A DNA stretch of 64,000 nt from Eledone cirrhosa (GCA_964016885.1 OZ024743.1:314836001-314900000); one strand, 5' to 3'. Counted from the first letter of the stretch, positions 13,271 through 27,499 are shown. Numbers and translations: made by a program. Notes: generated by a model not told the origin, from the letters alone.

Positions 13271-15603
13271 TTTTTTCATTCATCCGGCGGCTTCTACCGA
13301 ATTCGACTCAACGTGAGTCTGTCGTTTATTGCCGTTGCCAAATCCTATATTTTAATACCAGAATCTCTGAAAATGACATTTGGATAGGGGAGCTTGCGCC
13401 CCCTGTTATTAGTGACTGCTTGTGGTTTCCAAAGCACTAATGGGAACACAGCCGCATAGGTGGCTCGATGGCAGTGGCCAGCAAATATTACTCGCCTTTT
13501 ACGTACAAAGACAGATATGAGTGGGAAGCATGCATATATATTTCTTTCAAAATCAGATGTCGCCAGCGTATGCTCTGAATGCGTCGAAGTAGGTGAGTGT
13601 AGGTGCCATCAAGGCGCTTTTGTAGTTTGGATGAATGGGTCTATGCTTCACTTGAATGTAACAAGATTGTTTGAATTGTTACTTGGAAGAGTCTGATTTT
13701 AGTGTGAGTCGAAACATTTGTGCGCCAAACTCAATCCATCTTGCTATAAGCTGACCACGCTTGGGTCTTTCTGGTAGCCAAATCCTTCTCAGAGTCCATG
13801 ATGCAGGACTCAAGGTACTGGAATTCCTCGACTTGATTACTTTCGTGTTGTTACCTGTACAGTTTGATTTACCTTCGTTGAGATGAATGCCAACGATTGC
13901 AGATGCTTCCTGGAGAGATGCCAAAAGTGTTGCGCATTTTCTAGGCAATCTGCAAAAAGTGCAATGTCACCAACACAGTCGTTGTCAGTGAGATGTTTAG
14001 AGGGGTGCCTAGAGCTCATGTGGGGTTTGATGGCTATACGTTTGTTATTGATCTTGTCAATTGAGAGTCTCAGGGTGTAGTCTAGTGCAATGATAAAGCG
14101 GAATGGGTCAAGAGTGTCACCTTGCGACACTCATGCTGAGATGTCAAAGAACTATGTTGGGTCATCAGGGGTGATAATAGTGCCACTTGTGTTGAGATAC
14201 AGAGCCTTAATTGCTTCCACAAGTCTTGCTGTGATGCTATACAAGGGTAGAATTTCAAACAGAATGTCCCTGTTTAGGCTGTCAACAGCTTTTCTAAAGG
14301 CAACAAAAATTAGAGCCATTTGTCTGTGGGAATTTCTCATCTCTTCCACTACTCTTCTCAATACCAAAACATGTACAATTGTAGATCTACCTCGTCTAAA
14401 AGGGTTTTGGTTAATGCGAAGGTTTAGATCAACATACGGAACTATACGGTTGACGATTAGCTTGTAGATCTTGGCAGCAAAGGGTATAAGTGATATTCCT
14501 CGGTAGTTTTGGGGAGATGGGAGGTCAGGTTTTGGGGGGACAGGAACTATGTCTGCTTTCAGCCGACTTGTTGGGGGAGTTTTGTTGCTTAAGGTGTCGT
14601 TGCAGATTGATAATAGGACTGAAACAAGGTTTGGGTCTTTCCAAGTTATACTGGGTATGTTGCCGAGACCGGGTGATGTAAAATTCACCTTCAACACCAA
14701 AACAAACCGAAATGGTGAAATGCTTCTCCAACTCCTAGACGAATTTGAACTCTTCTCGTCTACAAATAACTTTATGAAAAAGCAATGTAAGCTCTGTTCA
14801 TTCACCTACCCTAACTGTAGTAGAGCTCAATTGGATTATATTCTATTGCGGAAATAAATGCCGACACGGTGTAAGCGACTCTGAAACCTATTCCTCCTTC
14901 TCCAACGTGGGGTCTGGTCACAGGTTTGCCTCTTCCAAAGTTACTCTTAATCTTCGCGCTCCTAAGAAAGTCCCCGGTGAGCCTATGAAACAAATTGACT
15001 GGAGGTTAGTGTCATCAAATAAGGCGCTCTCCAGCTGGTGTGCAATCCTGTACTGATGATTGCATTGAGACTAAATACTCCAACCTAATTTCTGCAAATG
15101 ACGAAGCTGTTCTTTCCAGCTTACCCCAAAAGATCAAAAGGAAACTCACGAAATTGATCTCAAATATCTTAGTATCCTCAGCGCACAAAAAATTGCACAG
15201 TTCTTTTCTCAGTACAATTGAAATCCCACTAGCTTACTGAAAAGCGAATTGATCCAATGCAAAAAAAAAGACCTTCATGAGGGGTACACATCTGCTGTTG
15301 CAGAGTATGTAGAAGGAAAAATAAACAGACTTAACAACCATCGTATAAACAAAATGCATGCAGCCGCTTGGGATTTAGTCAACGATATAACTGACAGAAA
15401 AGAGTCTTTCACCCATCATCAAAGGAGGCCCTCAAGAAGCTAGGAAAAGCAGCTGGACTGACCACGTAAAGGGTCTACTGGTCATACTATCCCCTGTACA
15501 AGACGAAATCCCAAAGTATGTGGTATCACCTGAACTTGACATCTCCACTTGACTTTTCATCTTTAGTGAGATCAACCAAGTGATGAAAATACTTGAAAAC
15601 AAG
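13271..15603 (-). mobile_element. RTE-superfamily (RTE/RTE-X-like) LINE remnant with inverted 5' segment
   Basis: Minus 14670-13300: NYRGISL..AAKIYK, NQNPFRRGRST, SQGDTLDPFRF, LDGTYT..RRVIFAGHCHR. Plus 14670-15603: endonuclease C-terminus (NRNGEMLL..RAQLDYIL) and linker ending FSEINQVMKILENK. Stops and frameshifts throughout. Confidence 0.85.
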
Positions 15604-15999
15604 GTATCTATAAAATATGTACCGAATGCGATATATTAAAGAAAAATAACAGAAATAGTTATGTATAATATACATTCTTTAGGAATTCATATAGAAACAC
15701 TACTGGCAAAATATATGTAGTATTACTCATATTACTTGGCATTCTAGTTAAATATTTCTCCGTTTGTTTATAGTCAAGACATTCTTTTGATGACTCCTCT
15801 TACTATTGAGTTAATAGTTCTAATGTTGTTCAATGAGCTCTGTAATTACTTTAGATAATCATTAGGCAAAAAAATAATCTTCGTTAAATTGAAGTGTTAA
15901 GTGAAGGAATGTTCTGTTCCTAAATCATACAAATCCATTAGGTATGTTAAATATAGTCAGTTTATTATTAAAAGATCATTATCTATGGTCATGAATCCT

Positions 16000-16380
16000 G
16001 GGTAATGACAGTAACACTACGATTGCAAATACCAGCGGCCGAAATGGGGTTTCTCCGAAGGGTCTTTCTCCGATAGACTGCGTAGATCGGAGTTCAGAGT
16101 GTCGCTTTAGATAGAGCCACTACTTCTCAGAATTGACAGTTACCACCCGATTATACGGATATTTTCTTAGAAGGTGTAACGAAAAAATCACCGGGCAGAG
16201 TTCCCGGAGACCCTAGGGTAGAGCCCGAACAAAATCGTTGGACAATAAACATGTGTTCGGCTGATCTCGCTTAGGGATCAAGCCGGATCAATTGGAGACG
16301 ATCTTTTGACAAGTCCGTCTGAAATGCATGCTTGAGGATTCTACCCCCATTACCCTCCCAGGAATACGTGGGAGATAAGG
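16000..16380 (+). mobile_element. RTE LINE 3' remnant
   Basis: CATGAATCCTGGGTAATGAC..GCGGCCGAAATGGGGTTTCTCCGAAGG (HESWVM..AAEMGFLRR); related to 49010-49450. Confidence 0.7.
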
Positions 16381-16809
16381 AAGTAGAAATTACTAATTAT
16401 TGATTCCAAAATATAAGTATTGCAAATACCACCCACATAATATATACACTCAGCATGACAGCCTGATACCTAGATTATCGGCAAATAACTGAATCACAAG
16501 TAATGTGTGGCATCCCTTGGACTGGCCGGCTAAGAGAGCATTAACTAAGAGAAAATATATGTTTATTGTAAAGCAACTCGACGTAATACTTTAAGAAACA
16601 GTAAACTTGATATTTTGCTCGCACGATGTTTCTGGAGTATACATAATTCAAATATAGAATATAATTTACATTGGTATATAATGTACAATGGTTCGATCGA
16701 AGCTCTGGATATGAGATAATTATTGTTCCTCCTCTTTTTTAAAGGGAGTTTGTGATCTTACATAAGCTTTCGTCATTTAGTGAATTTCAACATTTATTTA
16801 AATTTTCCA

Positions 16810-17130
16810 AATCCACCTGGAGCCAGCTGGCCTCAACCACTGTAATGGCAAGCGCAAAGACGGGGTAGCTCTCTTTCCATTCAAGGGAGGGAATTCCCTA
16901 ATCTGAGCCGAACTTGTAACTTCGGCCACAACCACCTGCACTGCTGAGGATAGCAAGATAATCAAATACCGACGTTTTCGGATCGGTCGCCATCGTGACT
17001 ATGTTTACAAGGTCTCCGAACTGCAGTTTTCCTCCGCAAAATCAGGAAAACTGCAGCCCACCTGATGAATTCACTTCGACAATGCCTCTACGATTTTGTT
17101 TGCAAGGTGCAGCAGAAACATTCCATTCTG
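16810..17130 (+). mobile_element. CRE-type LINE restriction-like endonuclease remnant
   Basis: GKRKDGVALFPFKGGNSLI..AEDSKIIKY; resembles the RPDG..FPF..GK.L.WD motif at 48340-48520 and 60660-60850. Confidence 0.6.
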
Positions 17131-18228
17131 ATTGGGGTATGCAGTTTGTTTCTTTGTCCCTAATTTCCTTTTCTTTCCTTACATAATTACTTTCATCGTT
17201 TCCTTCCATTTACTTAATCTTTTTCCTTAATCTTTTTCCTTTCAATGCTTATTATATAAATTTTCACCTGCTGCATTCTCTATTAGCTTTGTTTTCTCTC
17301 CGTCTCATATCCCTCGCTCCGTCTATGTGTCATACTCTATATTTATGTTTAATAATAATTTGGTTCTTAGTTCAAATCACACCGATTTACTTTTCATCAA
17401 TTTGATGTCCCTAAAAATGTACCAATCTAGTACTTGGGTCGATTCTCCACCAAAGTCTCTTCCCCACCTACATAATCTCATGCTCTTTATTCTTCTCTGG
17501 AAGAAATCTTCTGTATTCAGACTAGGAGAGAAAATGGGCTCCAGTAAGTTTTTAAAATGCCCCATGCCGTATGTAACTACGATGCTCCTAGGACTACTCA
17601 GGAAATACGGGATAAAGAGAGAAGAGACATCATAAATGTACTTTCTGCTTTGGAATTATTTTAAAATAAAACCTAAATATTATATTTATACATTTGCTTA
17701 ATTAACATGATTAATGTTAACCTATTTATTTTATTATATAGATATTAATGAAATAAAATACTCCTGTAATTTGTAAAGCAGCTAGCATTAAACCGTATAT
17801 TTTAAATAAAAATTGAGATATACTTTCCAATTTATATATTTTCCTAGTAGATTTACAATATACATTCCTATATATATATGATTATTTTGATTTGTTTATT
17901 CATTATGTCATTCGTTATATATTGTACAGACAAGTTGACTCTAACTTCTAAACTCTTCATTTTCGCTTGAGTTTTATCACATTCCTTTTTTTCACGTGGA
18001 TAGTAGACACTCTAGATTAAAAAAAAAAAATACAGTGCCTGTTAACATTAACGGCGTGCTGGTTATCATCTGTCAATAAATATACATCATGCAATTGGAG
18101 TATTTAAGAAGATTTATTGAAAAATATCTTTAAAGATTTAAATAGCATTTTCAACTTGTTTTTCTTATATTTTTACACATGTAGATTATAGTAACACATT
18201 TCTTTCTTATATATATATAGTTTTAATA

Positions 18229-18272
18229 GGGATTCCTGATGATTTCTAAAGAATAAAAACAGTTCTAGTCCT
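18229..18272 (+). ncRNA. Decayed hammerhead (G12 to A) abutting (TA)n
   Basis: GGATT(c)-CTGATGA-tTTCtaaaGAAt-AAAA-ACAGT-TC-(t)AGTCC. Confidence 0.4.
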
Positions 18273-18275
18273 GTA

Positions 18276-18377
<102 letters not shown>

Positions 18378-18642
18378 TTAGCACACTAATTGTGTTGATC
18401 ACATTTAGCGAGCTGACGGTTTTTGTCATAATTTTGTCTGGCACCCAATGAGTGACCAGTATGGAAACGGCTCCTCTACAACAATGTGGTGGTCTCAAGT
18501 AGATACCGAAACCAAAGGTCGCTCATACTTATTAAATCTATACAATTTTTATTATATTAATTAAGCTCTAATTGAGCATTGTTTCCTTAGATGTATTTCG
18601 TCTATGCATATCCAGCACACACAGACACACACACACACAAAT

Positions 18643-18768
<126 letters not shown>

Positions 18769-19789
18769 CCGCTTTTACTGCTGAGAGAAAAGATATATAT
18801 ATATATATAATAGATTGATTCCCTATGCATATCGAGAGGGGACCCCAGATAAAAAAGGTAGTCAATGCACTAGTAGAGTATAGGCATACTTATTTTATTT
18901 TAGAACCGTTTCATTCGTACGAAAACATCAGGAAATATATATATAATCATTTCGCAATCCTCTTGTCTTTGAAATTTTGCCGAAGCAAACCGGATATTCG
19001 ATAGGAAGTGTGACACTCATCCGCAATTGTTACACCTGGGTTAGTTTTTTCATAAATTTATCGATCCGAATCCATAATATGTCACTTTTTCAAGCTTCTA
19101 CACAGTGGCAGCAAACTCTGGTCCACGTTATGTCGAAGCAATGTTCTTAAGCAAACACTTATACCATCATATAAATATATATATATATACATACACACAC
19201 ATACACACATATACTCACACACACCAACACACACTCACACATGCACACACATGTACTTATAGAATACTCAGTAATAGTTGCGCAATAACATTATTTCATC
19301 TTCCTTTGATCGAGAAAAATATATATTATGCTATTCATTTTAAATAAATGTTGCATTTATTTTTAAATGTTGATTAATTCAAAAAAATCCAGTTAAAATC
19401 AATAATTTTTCAAATGATTTTAATGGAAAGCATACTCACCAATATCTGATGGAATTTTCTCAGAAATCGAATGAAAGAATATTACAAAGAAGAAACTTCA
19501 ATGAATCTTTCATAAATTGCTTTGGGAAAATTATTTGAAATACTTTCTAATAAATAGACGACATATAGCTTCAAAAATAAAGCATCTCCTAGTAAACAAT
19601 ATTAATAATATTATTAATCAGGATCAGCTTCATAAAAGTTACCTATCAGTTTTGACTATTCATATTCTTCGTATATGTCACTTTTTCTATATGTCTTAAT
19701 GAAGATGAGGGGACTCTCGCTCCGAAAGAGAAACTTTACCCACGTCTATTGAGAGAATTCAAGTGGAGATTTTCCTCAACCCTGTCTTG

Positions 19790-20160
19790 CTTCTAGAAAA
19801 ATCTCGAGAGATGACCATGTTCCCACATTGAGAATAACATTTCCCTATGCCTTTCATCAGGATCTGAAACACTGAGCTGTCGGGGCAAAAATCTGAACCA
19901 CATCATACGAAAAACCGTTTGAAGAAATGCAGCTTTGGATAGAAGGAGATACAGGACTGGCTTAGCCACCCCAGAATGTGTAGAAGTGAACCAGTCTGTA
20001 GAGCACTGTTTTGCCTACTCTGTGCTGCCCGAGCCACGAAGCACAAAATATCAAAAGACGTCGATGAAATTGTAAAGAGCTGTGTACAGGGGTGGAAAGC
20101 TCTCAGACGGCCTCCCTACATGTTTGTAAAAAAAGTTCACCTCTAGCAACGTGTTACGCA
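19790..20160 (-). mobile_element. Possible decayed gag-like zinc-knuckle remnant
   Basis: Minus strand with a frameshift gives GKCY..CGEHGHLSR and a second CGSD..QC-like motif; very degenerate. Confidence 0.25.
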
Positions 20161-20426
20161 GACCGTATTTGGTCTCATATATACGAGTATATGAATGATT
20201 GTAATTCGTAAACAATAATTTCTACAAAATAAATATAAGTTTATATGTAGTCTTTTTACCGTTTGAAAATAAAAGCAGACGCGATGAATGCTGCTGGAAC
20301 GACGGTGATCGTGCCTGCCTTATTAAATCTATGACATATAGGTTTTGTCTATGATAATTATTATCGAGCATTAGGGGAAGCGTATAGCTGAGGGGAATGC
20401 ACAAATTCACATAAACACACACGTAC

Positions 20427-20493
20427 GCTGAAAAAGTAACCAGTTCTTATTTTCAACTGTCTGATTAGATCCTGTTAGATTGATTTTCTGCAT
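20427..20493 (-). CDS. Candidate first coding exon of an unknown host gene (MQKINLTGSNQTVENKNWLLFQ)
   Basis: AAGG-ATG start, 22 codons plus 1 nt, then donor-like GTACGT; two N-x-T sequons; preceded by about 1.5 kb of unique, GC-richer, (AAC)n-containing UTR-like sequence; no homology recognised. Confidence 0.25.
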
Positions 20494-21429
20494 CCTTAAG
20501 ATGGAAGCGAGGCCTTTTTGTTGGCGCCGTCACCGTGGTGGGCTCATCACTGGTGTTGTTATTATTGTTGTTGGTGTTACTGCTGTCTGGCTCTCGGGTA
20601 ATGGGTACTCATTGACATTGACTTGATACTTGATATCAATGATACCACCACTACTACGACGACCGGCGTAGGTGATGGATGGCGTTAATGTTTGTTACCG
20701 TTACTATTGTTGTTGTTGCTATGGTCTTGGTGATAGATGGCATCAAATCTGTATATCAACCTACCTCAGAGCTCCCGTTATTGCTGTTGCAGTTATTATC
20801 ATTGTTATTGTCGGTGGGTGGTACCGTCACTACGACTGCTACAACATATGTACGCGGCGTTGGTATGTGTTTTTCTGTTGTTGTCGTTGTTGCTGTTTTT
20901 GTTGTTGTAGCTGTTTAGTGTAACTATTGCTGTCATTTAGCTGTCAGACGGGTAATCTCACTACGACTGCTGAGGCCAGTATGGACGACTTTTGGTCGGT
21001 GTTTTGCTGTTATTCTCGTTGTTATTGTTGTTGTCGTCGTCATCGTTGTTGTTGTTGTTGTAGCTGTTTTCTTAAGGTGGCTGTCAACAAAATATATACA
21101 CCACACTTCCTCGGAGCTCCATTGGTTACTTCCACCATCTACTCGGCTTTGGCTACACACATTTTTTTTTTGTTTTTTCGTTGATAGCGCTTTACTCTAG
21201 CAAACACGACGGCTGGGAGACCCTTTCAGGAACTCATATGTCTGCTGGGCACACAAGCAATAGGCCTTGTGTTTTTCCTGCCGGAGGCATATCAGTCATA
21301 TCGGATATCATCTGAGGATACCGTCCGTTCATAATAACAACAAATGCATGAAGCATTTCTCGATTGCATGGAGAACCGGGGAAAGAATTATAATGATTAA
21401 ACGTTCTATGTAACCTCAGCATCTTATTT

Positions 21430-21503
<74 letters not shown>

Positions 21504-21589
21504 ATGTGCAACCATGCAGTATTCTTCCCCCCATATTTTTCATATATATATATATATAATAGGTATATATATATTTATATATATATATA

Positions 21590-21627
<38 letters not shown>

Positions 21628-22017
21628 GAGAAGAAAGAATACTGCGTGGTTGCACATGGGTTACATATGATAAAAATAGTCCTTCGTCAGTGATTTTCCA
21701 ACCTTCACTGGTATTTCAAGCTTTAAAAATCATATACCTCGGTTGGTGCGAGCAATAGCTAAATAAAGATATTGGGACAAGTAAATGGCGTAAAGCGAGC
21801 GAGACAGTAAACAACAAGGAGGGATAGCAACGCAAATATAGGAAAAAAACAGGCAGCATGGGGATCCTGTCAGCTTAAGCTGTGTGGATTTCATGAGCGA
21901 GGGATATACAGACCGTCCGGCGTGAGTGAGATGTGAGCAAGAAGAGAATCCACTACAGGCCAAACAGGGGGAAGTGAGAAGGGGAGTAACAGAGAGTGAG
22001 TGAGTGGAAGTGAGAGG

Positions 22018-22069
<52 letters not shown>

Positions 22070-22257
22070 TAGATAGATAGTTTAATATATCTACTAACAT
22101 AAGCCCACAGATGTACGCCAATGCCAGCAAATACACAGGTTATGTCATAGTACCTAGGTGGTTCAATGCAGGAGGATGCAGAACAATAATATAAAAGACG
22201 TAAAATAAGAAAATTTAATAAAAAAAATGTTAAAGAATTAACTTACTTAAATTTTCA

Positions 22258-22337
22258 CTCCAACTAATTAGTTTCTGCAATGGGATAAAGACAGTTACGT
22301 AATGAACTGTTGAGAATTTCATTGCGTCATCAGGGAG
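22258..22337 (-). ncRNA. Type I hammerhead ribozyme (mirror of 23237-23316)
   Basis: Reverse complement of 23237-23316. Confidence 0.78.
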
Positions 22338-23236
22338 GTCTATTCTCAGTCAAGTCTCCAGGCAATGCGCGGACACTGGGGACTCATATAAAAATAATAA
22401 TAATTCGATAAATGGAACAGCTATCGAGGACTGGATTCCAGGCACTGAAAATTCTCACTGCCACTGGTCAAATGGCCGATTCTAAAGAATCAATCACGTG
22501 ACACAGAGGCTAGTCAGTAGGAATGGGATGGTAAGATGACAGACGCCTACTAACATCCCCAAAAAAATTTAGTAGTGGTTTTGGCAGGTTTGCTCGACAA
22601 ATCAGTGATTTGGAGATAAATATAGATAATTTAATGTATCTACTAACATAAGCGCACAGATGTACGCCAATGCCAGCAAATACACAGGTTATGTCATAGT
22701 ACGTAGGTGGTTCAATGCAGGAGGATGCAGAACAATAATATAAAAGACGTAAAATAAGAACATTTAAAAAAAAAATTTTTAAGAATTAACTTACTTACAT
22801 TTTTTTTTAAATTTTCTTATTTTACGTCTTTTATATTATTGTTCTGCATCCTCCTGCATTGAACCACCTAGGTACTATGACATAACCTGTGTATTTGCTG
22901 GCATCGGCGTACATATGTGCGCTTATGTTAGTAGATATATTAAATTATCTATATTTATCTCCAAATCACTGATTTGTCGAGCAAACCTGCCAAAACCACT
23001 ACTAAATTGTTTTGGGGGTGTTAGTAGGCGTCTGTCATCTTACCATCCCATTCCTACTGACTAGCCTCTGTGTCACGTGATTGATTCTTTAGAATCGGCC
23101 ATTTGACCAGTGGCAGTGAGAATTTTCAGTGCCTGGAATCCAGTCCTCGATAGCTGTTCCATTTACCGAATTATTATTATTTTTATATGAGACCCCAGTG
23201 TCCGCGCATTGCCTGGAGACTTGGCTGAGAATAGAC

Positions 23237-23316
23237 CTCCCTGATGACGCAATGAAATTCTCAACAGTTCATTACGTAACTGTCTTTATCCCATTGCAGA
23301 AACTAATTAGTTGGAG
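23237..23316 (+). ncRNA. Type I hammerhead ribozyme with 51-nt stem II domain
   Basis: CTCC-CTGATGA-cGCAATG[..ACAGTT cattacgt AACTGT..]CATTGCa-GAAA-CTAATTAG-TT-GGAG; palindromic stem III, GUU site. Confidence 0.8.
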
Positions 23317-23378
23317 TGAAAATTTAAGTAAGTAAGTTAATTCTATAAAATATTTTTTTTTAATTTTCTTATTTTACG

Positions 23379-23461
<83 letters not shown>

Positions 23462-23470
23462 TATATATAT

Positions 23471-23501
<31 letters not shown>

Positions 23502-23515
23502 GGTATATATATAGG

Positions 23516-23556
<41 letters not shown>

Positions 23557-23859
23557 ACATATATATATATACCTATATATATATATATTTATATACCTAT
23601 ACATATAGGTATATATTCTTATCCTGCACGGTGTTCAAAATCCCCTTCTCACCAAACAAGCTTGGTGCAGTTGCCGGTTTGGTCCCTGACGACTCGACCA
23701 TGCACAAGGCTGAGAAACGTAGGAGAGTTCAACGGCCATCCAATACATTTTATTTTTGTGGCGCGAGAAACCTCTCGTCTTCATTAAAACATCTCTCTAG
23801 GTGGAGTCAGTCTGATATAAATCTTGTGACTTCTTTTGGAATCAACGATGTAGACGAGT

Positions 23860-24095
23860 TTTGTTTGAGCGAATTAATTTGTGGGACTAGCCACGTCCGA
23901 AGCCTTTCCTTACTTAGAAAAGGTTGAAGCACTTGCATCGCTTTTTGCGTTGCACAGCATTGCTCGCCATAGGCAAGGTGTTAGCAGGACTACAAAGACA
24001 CGTCTGTGTTGCTCATGTTTAAGTATTAAGCGACGGCGTTACTCGAAATTGAGTTGCAGCCATCATCATCACCATCATCATCATCATAATCATCA
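23860..24095 (+). mobile_element. 3' part of the (CAT)n-tailed RTE-related short element
   Basis: GCCATAGGCAAG..TAGCAGGACTA..TTGCAGCCATCATCATC shared with 59780-59895. Confidence 0.65.
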
Positions 24096-25629
24096 TATAT
24101 ATATATATGTATACATATATTCATGTTTAGAAGTTATAAAATCCTGAAAGTATATATTTTCTGTAATACTAGGTCTCTAATATGAAATATTTCTACATGC
24201 TGAATATCTTGAAAAGATTTATATTGAATTGAATTTTAAGTAATTCGTTACTAATATGAACAGACTGGAAGAAATGAGATTAGGAAAATTAAGCAAATTA
24301 AGAAGCTATATTGCTGCAAATCCTGTCTCAAATATTTGAATACTTGAAATACATAAATCACGTTTAGAGATGTATATTACAAGTTGAGATTATAAGCTTA
24401 ACTGCATGTTTAACAAAATATGTTCACTTATATATGTATTAGTAAGATTAATAGTTAATTTCAGTTTCGTACTATCATCGGAGATTATTCTTTAAATAAC
24501 ATAAATTAATGTTCAATATATCAGATTAAATGAGGTAAAAGAAAAATGAATTAGTTTGTATTTTCTTGCTAGTAGGGCTACAGCTAATATAATTTATTGA
24601 TTTCAGAATCACATAAAACCAAATCAATGTGTCTCGAGTATATCTTTTGAAATATGTAAACTGACATGGTAATCAATCGTATCGTTTACACCATCTCATC
24701 TTACGAGAAAATAGATTTCGAATGTTGGCACATGGTTGAAAACGAGCCTGAGGAAAAAGCTTCTAAAAGAGGGATCCAATCTTCAGACGTTTTAAACGTT
24801 AGACCCCTTCCTCGACTCCATGCATGTAAACAAATATGTAAATAAATATATCAGCAAAAAGAATACAAATGTCCAGTACAATGGGTGACTCTTACTGTGT
24901 CTATTTTTCATATCCCTATATTACTCTCTCTTATTACCCTAGAAGAAATTGACCCTATTCAGATTTGGGGGTAGCTGATTTCTGTCAAGTTTAAACAACA
25001 TACTCACGAAACACCTTTGTGTGTGTGTCAGAAAGATGTTATGAGAAAAACAAGCGTGAGGTACAAAAATCTCAAGAGTGAGCGTCCAGGATGAATTGCA
25101 TACAAATAGAGATTTGTCCTCCAATTGAGGCAAATGCAAAACGAAATTCAGCCAAACTCCAGATCACAAAACTGAAACGTTCTTGATATAAATGACCTAT
25201 ACTACCATAAAGGCGTTGACCACATCCCCAACGATACTGACACCAATATATTAACTTGTTACATGAATTTATAGATTATTATTAAATTTGGACTTATTAT
25301 CTTTGAGCAATATTTTTATGTTAGCACTAAAATCATGTTCGATCATTTTCCTCCATTGGTCATGGTTTTCTGAACTTGTCTTGTATTTGGTGGAGACCTT
25401 CCTCCGTGTTTCTATTCTAAAAGTTTATTTGGTTTGATGTTTCAATAGTCTTACTTCTTTTCATTAAATATATCTACGTTTTCACTATTTCTCATCTCGT
25501 ATTTAACGAACGTTCCTATGAACATCACTATATTTCTGGAGCTGCTGTTATGAACACCTCTTCAAAAATACAGTTTAATGTCCGTTCATTATAAACATGT
25601 CTAACTGTTATATCATGTACGAGACACAG

Positions 25630-25756
<127 letters not shown>

Positions 25757-27499
25757 CAGGGAGAGAGATAGAGATTGTGTGTAAGTTGTAATGTCTATAT
25801 GAGCAATCCAATGTCACAACCATTTGAATTACATTGTTAATGTTGTAGTTGTGGAGAAGACATGGTCGTATACTTAAAACATTCGCTTCGAAATCATGTG
25901 ACTTCATAACATGTGGCATGCTTTCGTTGTGCCCGTGCACATCTGATACCATCTGAAGGACTGTCACTTAGTCGATCATGTCTGTACTATTATATGATTT
26001 TATAAGTCTGTTTATTATATTGTTAATATCTTTTTCGTTTGGCAAAGTTACAAGATACGGACAAACACGCACACTCACACACACACACACACACGCACAC
26101 AAACATATGTATATGTTTAATACAAACCTGATGCAGGATCACAAATATTTTATTAGACCATCGAACCCTTCATGGAATCCTTGACCACTACTAAGGAAAT
26201 ATGGATATAAATAAAGAAATCAATAAGCAGATTATAAAATAAATGGGATAATAAAGAATAATCCAATAAAAGAATATGCATTATGTAGCTGCAGGTTTAT
26301 AAGCAAATATTCCTGGGCATAACCTTTTATAAATCTTTCATTCCCTCTCTCTCTCCCTATTCATCTAATTGTCTCTTTTATCTATGCCTTTTTCTCCCTC
26401 TTAGGAGTCTACTAAGAAAACTTATTTTCCTGAGAGACTGAGAGTGAGATGCGATGCACGTTATTTTCATTACGAGCGAAAAAGAGGAGTAGTAAAACTC
26501 AAAGAAAACCGAAAGATGAGAAATTGTGTGACGCCACAAATACGAGAATGGGGTATAGAGAGATATTAACAGACACATTCCTGGAGAAAGAATGGAGAGA
26601 AGCTAATAAAAGAGATTGAAAGATTAAAATTAGACGAAAACGATTTATTTACGACAAACTTAAATACAATGTTCCTAATATTTAGAAGCATTGCAATGGG
26701 CAGTTATCCAACATTCTTAGAAATCACCCTACTCTCCAGTTTCAATTGTTCCATAGTTGGGGCTTTATCCTTTATTTCAATTTATGTGAATATATTCGAA
26801 TACGAACAGTTTTCATGGCCCGGTCACGCTAGATATATATGAATCAGAAAACTCGATAAGCAAGTTGTATATTATATATTTTCAAGTAAGTATTTTAAGT
26901 ATTTTCATTTCGTCTACGATTGTCAAAGTTTATCTCAAATATTCAATCGTTTAAGTGAGATGTGGAAACTATATCTAGCATGTAGATCCCCACCTAGAGA
27001 TTTCCTGCAGGTCGAATTTATGTAAAACTGTGTCAGCTTAGGACAGACTGGTATATTTCATTTCGAATCAGTCAGCTGATATATAAATATATGTACGTGC
27101 CTGTATGTGTGTGTACATATCCATGTATATATATATCAATATGTGTAGGAAAAGCAGTTGAAAGGGAAATTGAAGTCTTTAACTGTTATTTACAATAATT
27201 TATAACTTTAAGGAATACACAAATTTCAACATTTTCAAACGTTATGAGACATGGAGAGATGTACTGATAAGTCGACTTGTAACTTATATATAACTTTCAA
27301 TTTCATGCAAAAGTTGTTGCTCTGACTACTATGTTTTTGAAGTACAATTGGATAGGTTGGGAAGGATCACATGATTAGGCATAGAACTTTATTTTAATTT
27401 CGCACCCAAATTCGGTAGTGCCATGATTCCTTTCGTTATACACACGCATACACGTTTATGTGTTCGTTTTGCAAGATTTTTGATTTGAAATCCTATGTT

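Larger units (their letters stand above)
22070..23385. mobile_element. Non-coding 549-bp HHR-bearing unit in partial tandem plus inverted arrangement (PLE pLTR / retrozyme-like)
   Basis: 22081 repeats at 22630 (period 549); 22800-23385 is the reverse complement of the unit; both outer ends lie in (TA)n; no coding remnant seen. Confidence 0.85.

Noticed and set aside
17060-17085. CTGATGA inside the CRE remnant
   Set aside because: No stem II, GAAA or stem III follows; chance match
18448-18526. ATGAG-TGACCA-GTAT..ATAC-GAAA-CCaaaGG-TC-GCTCAT
   Set aside because: Probably a decayed HHR, but the 5' core is too damaged to call
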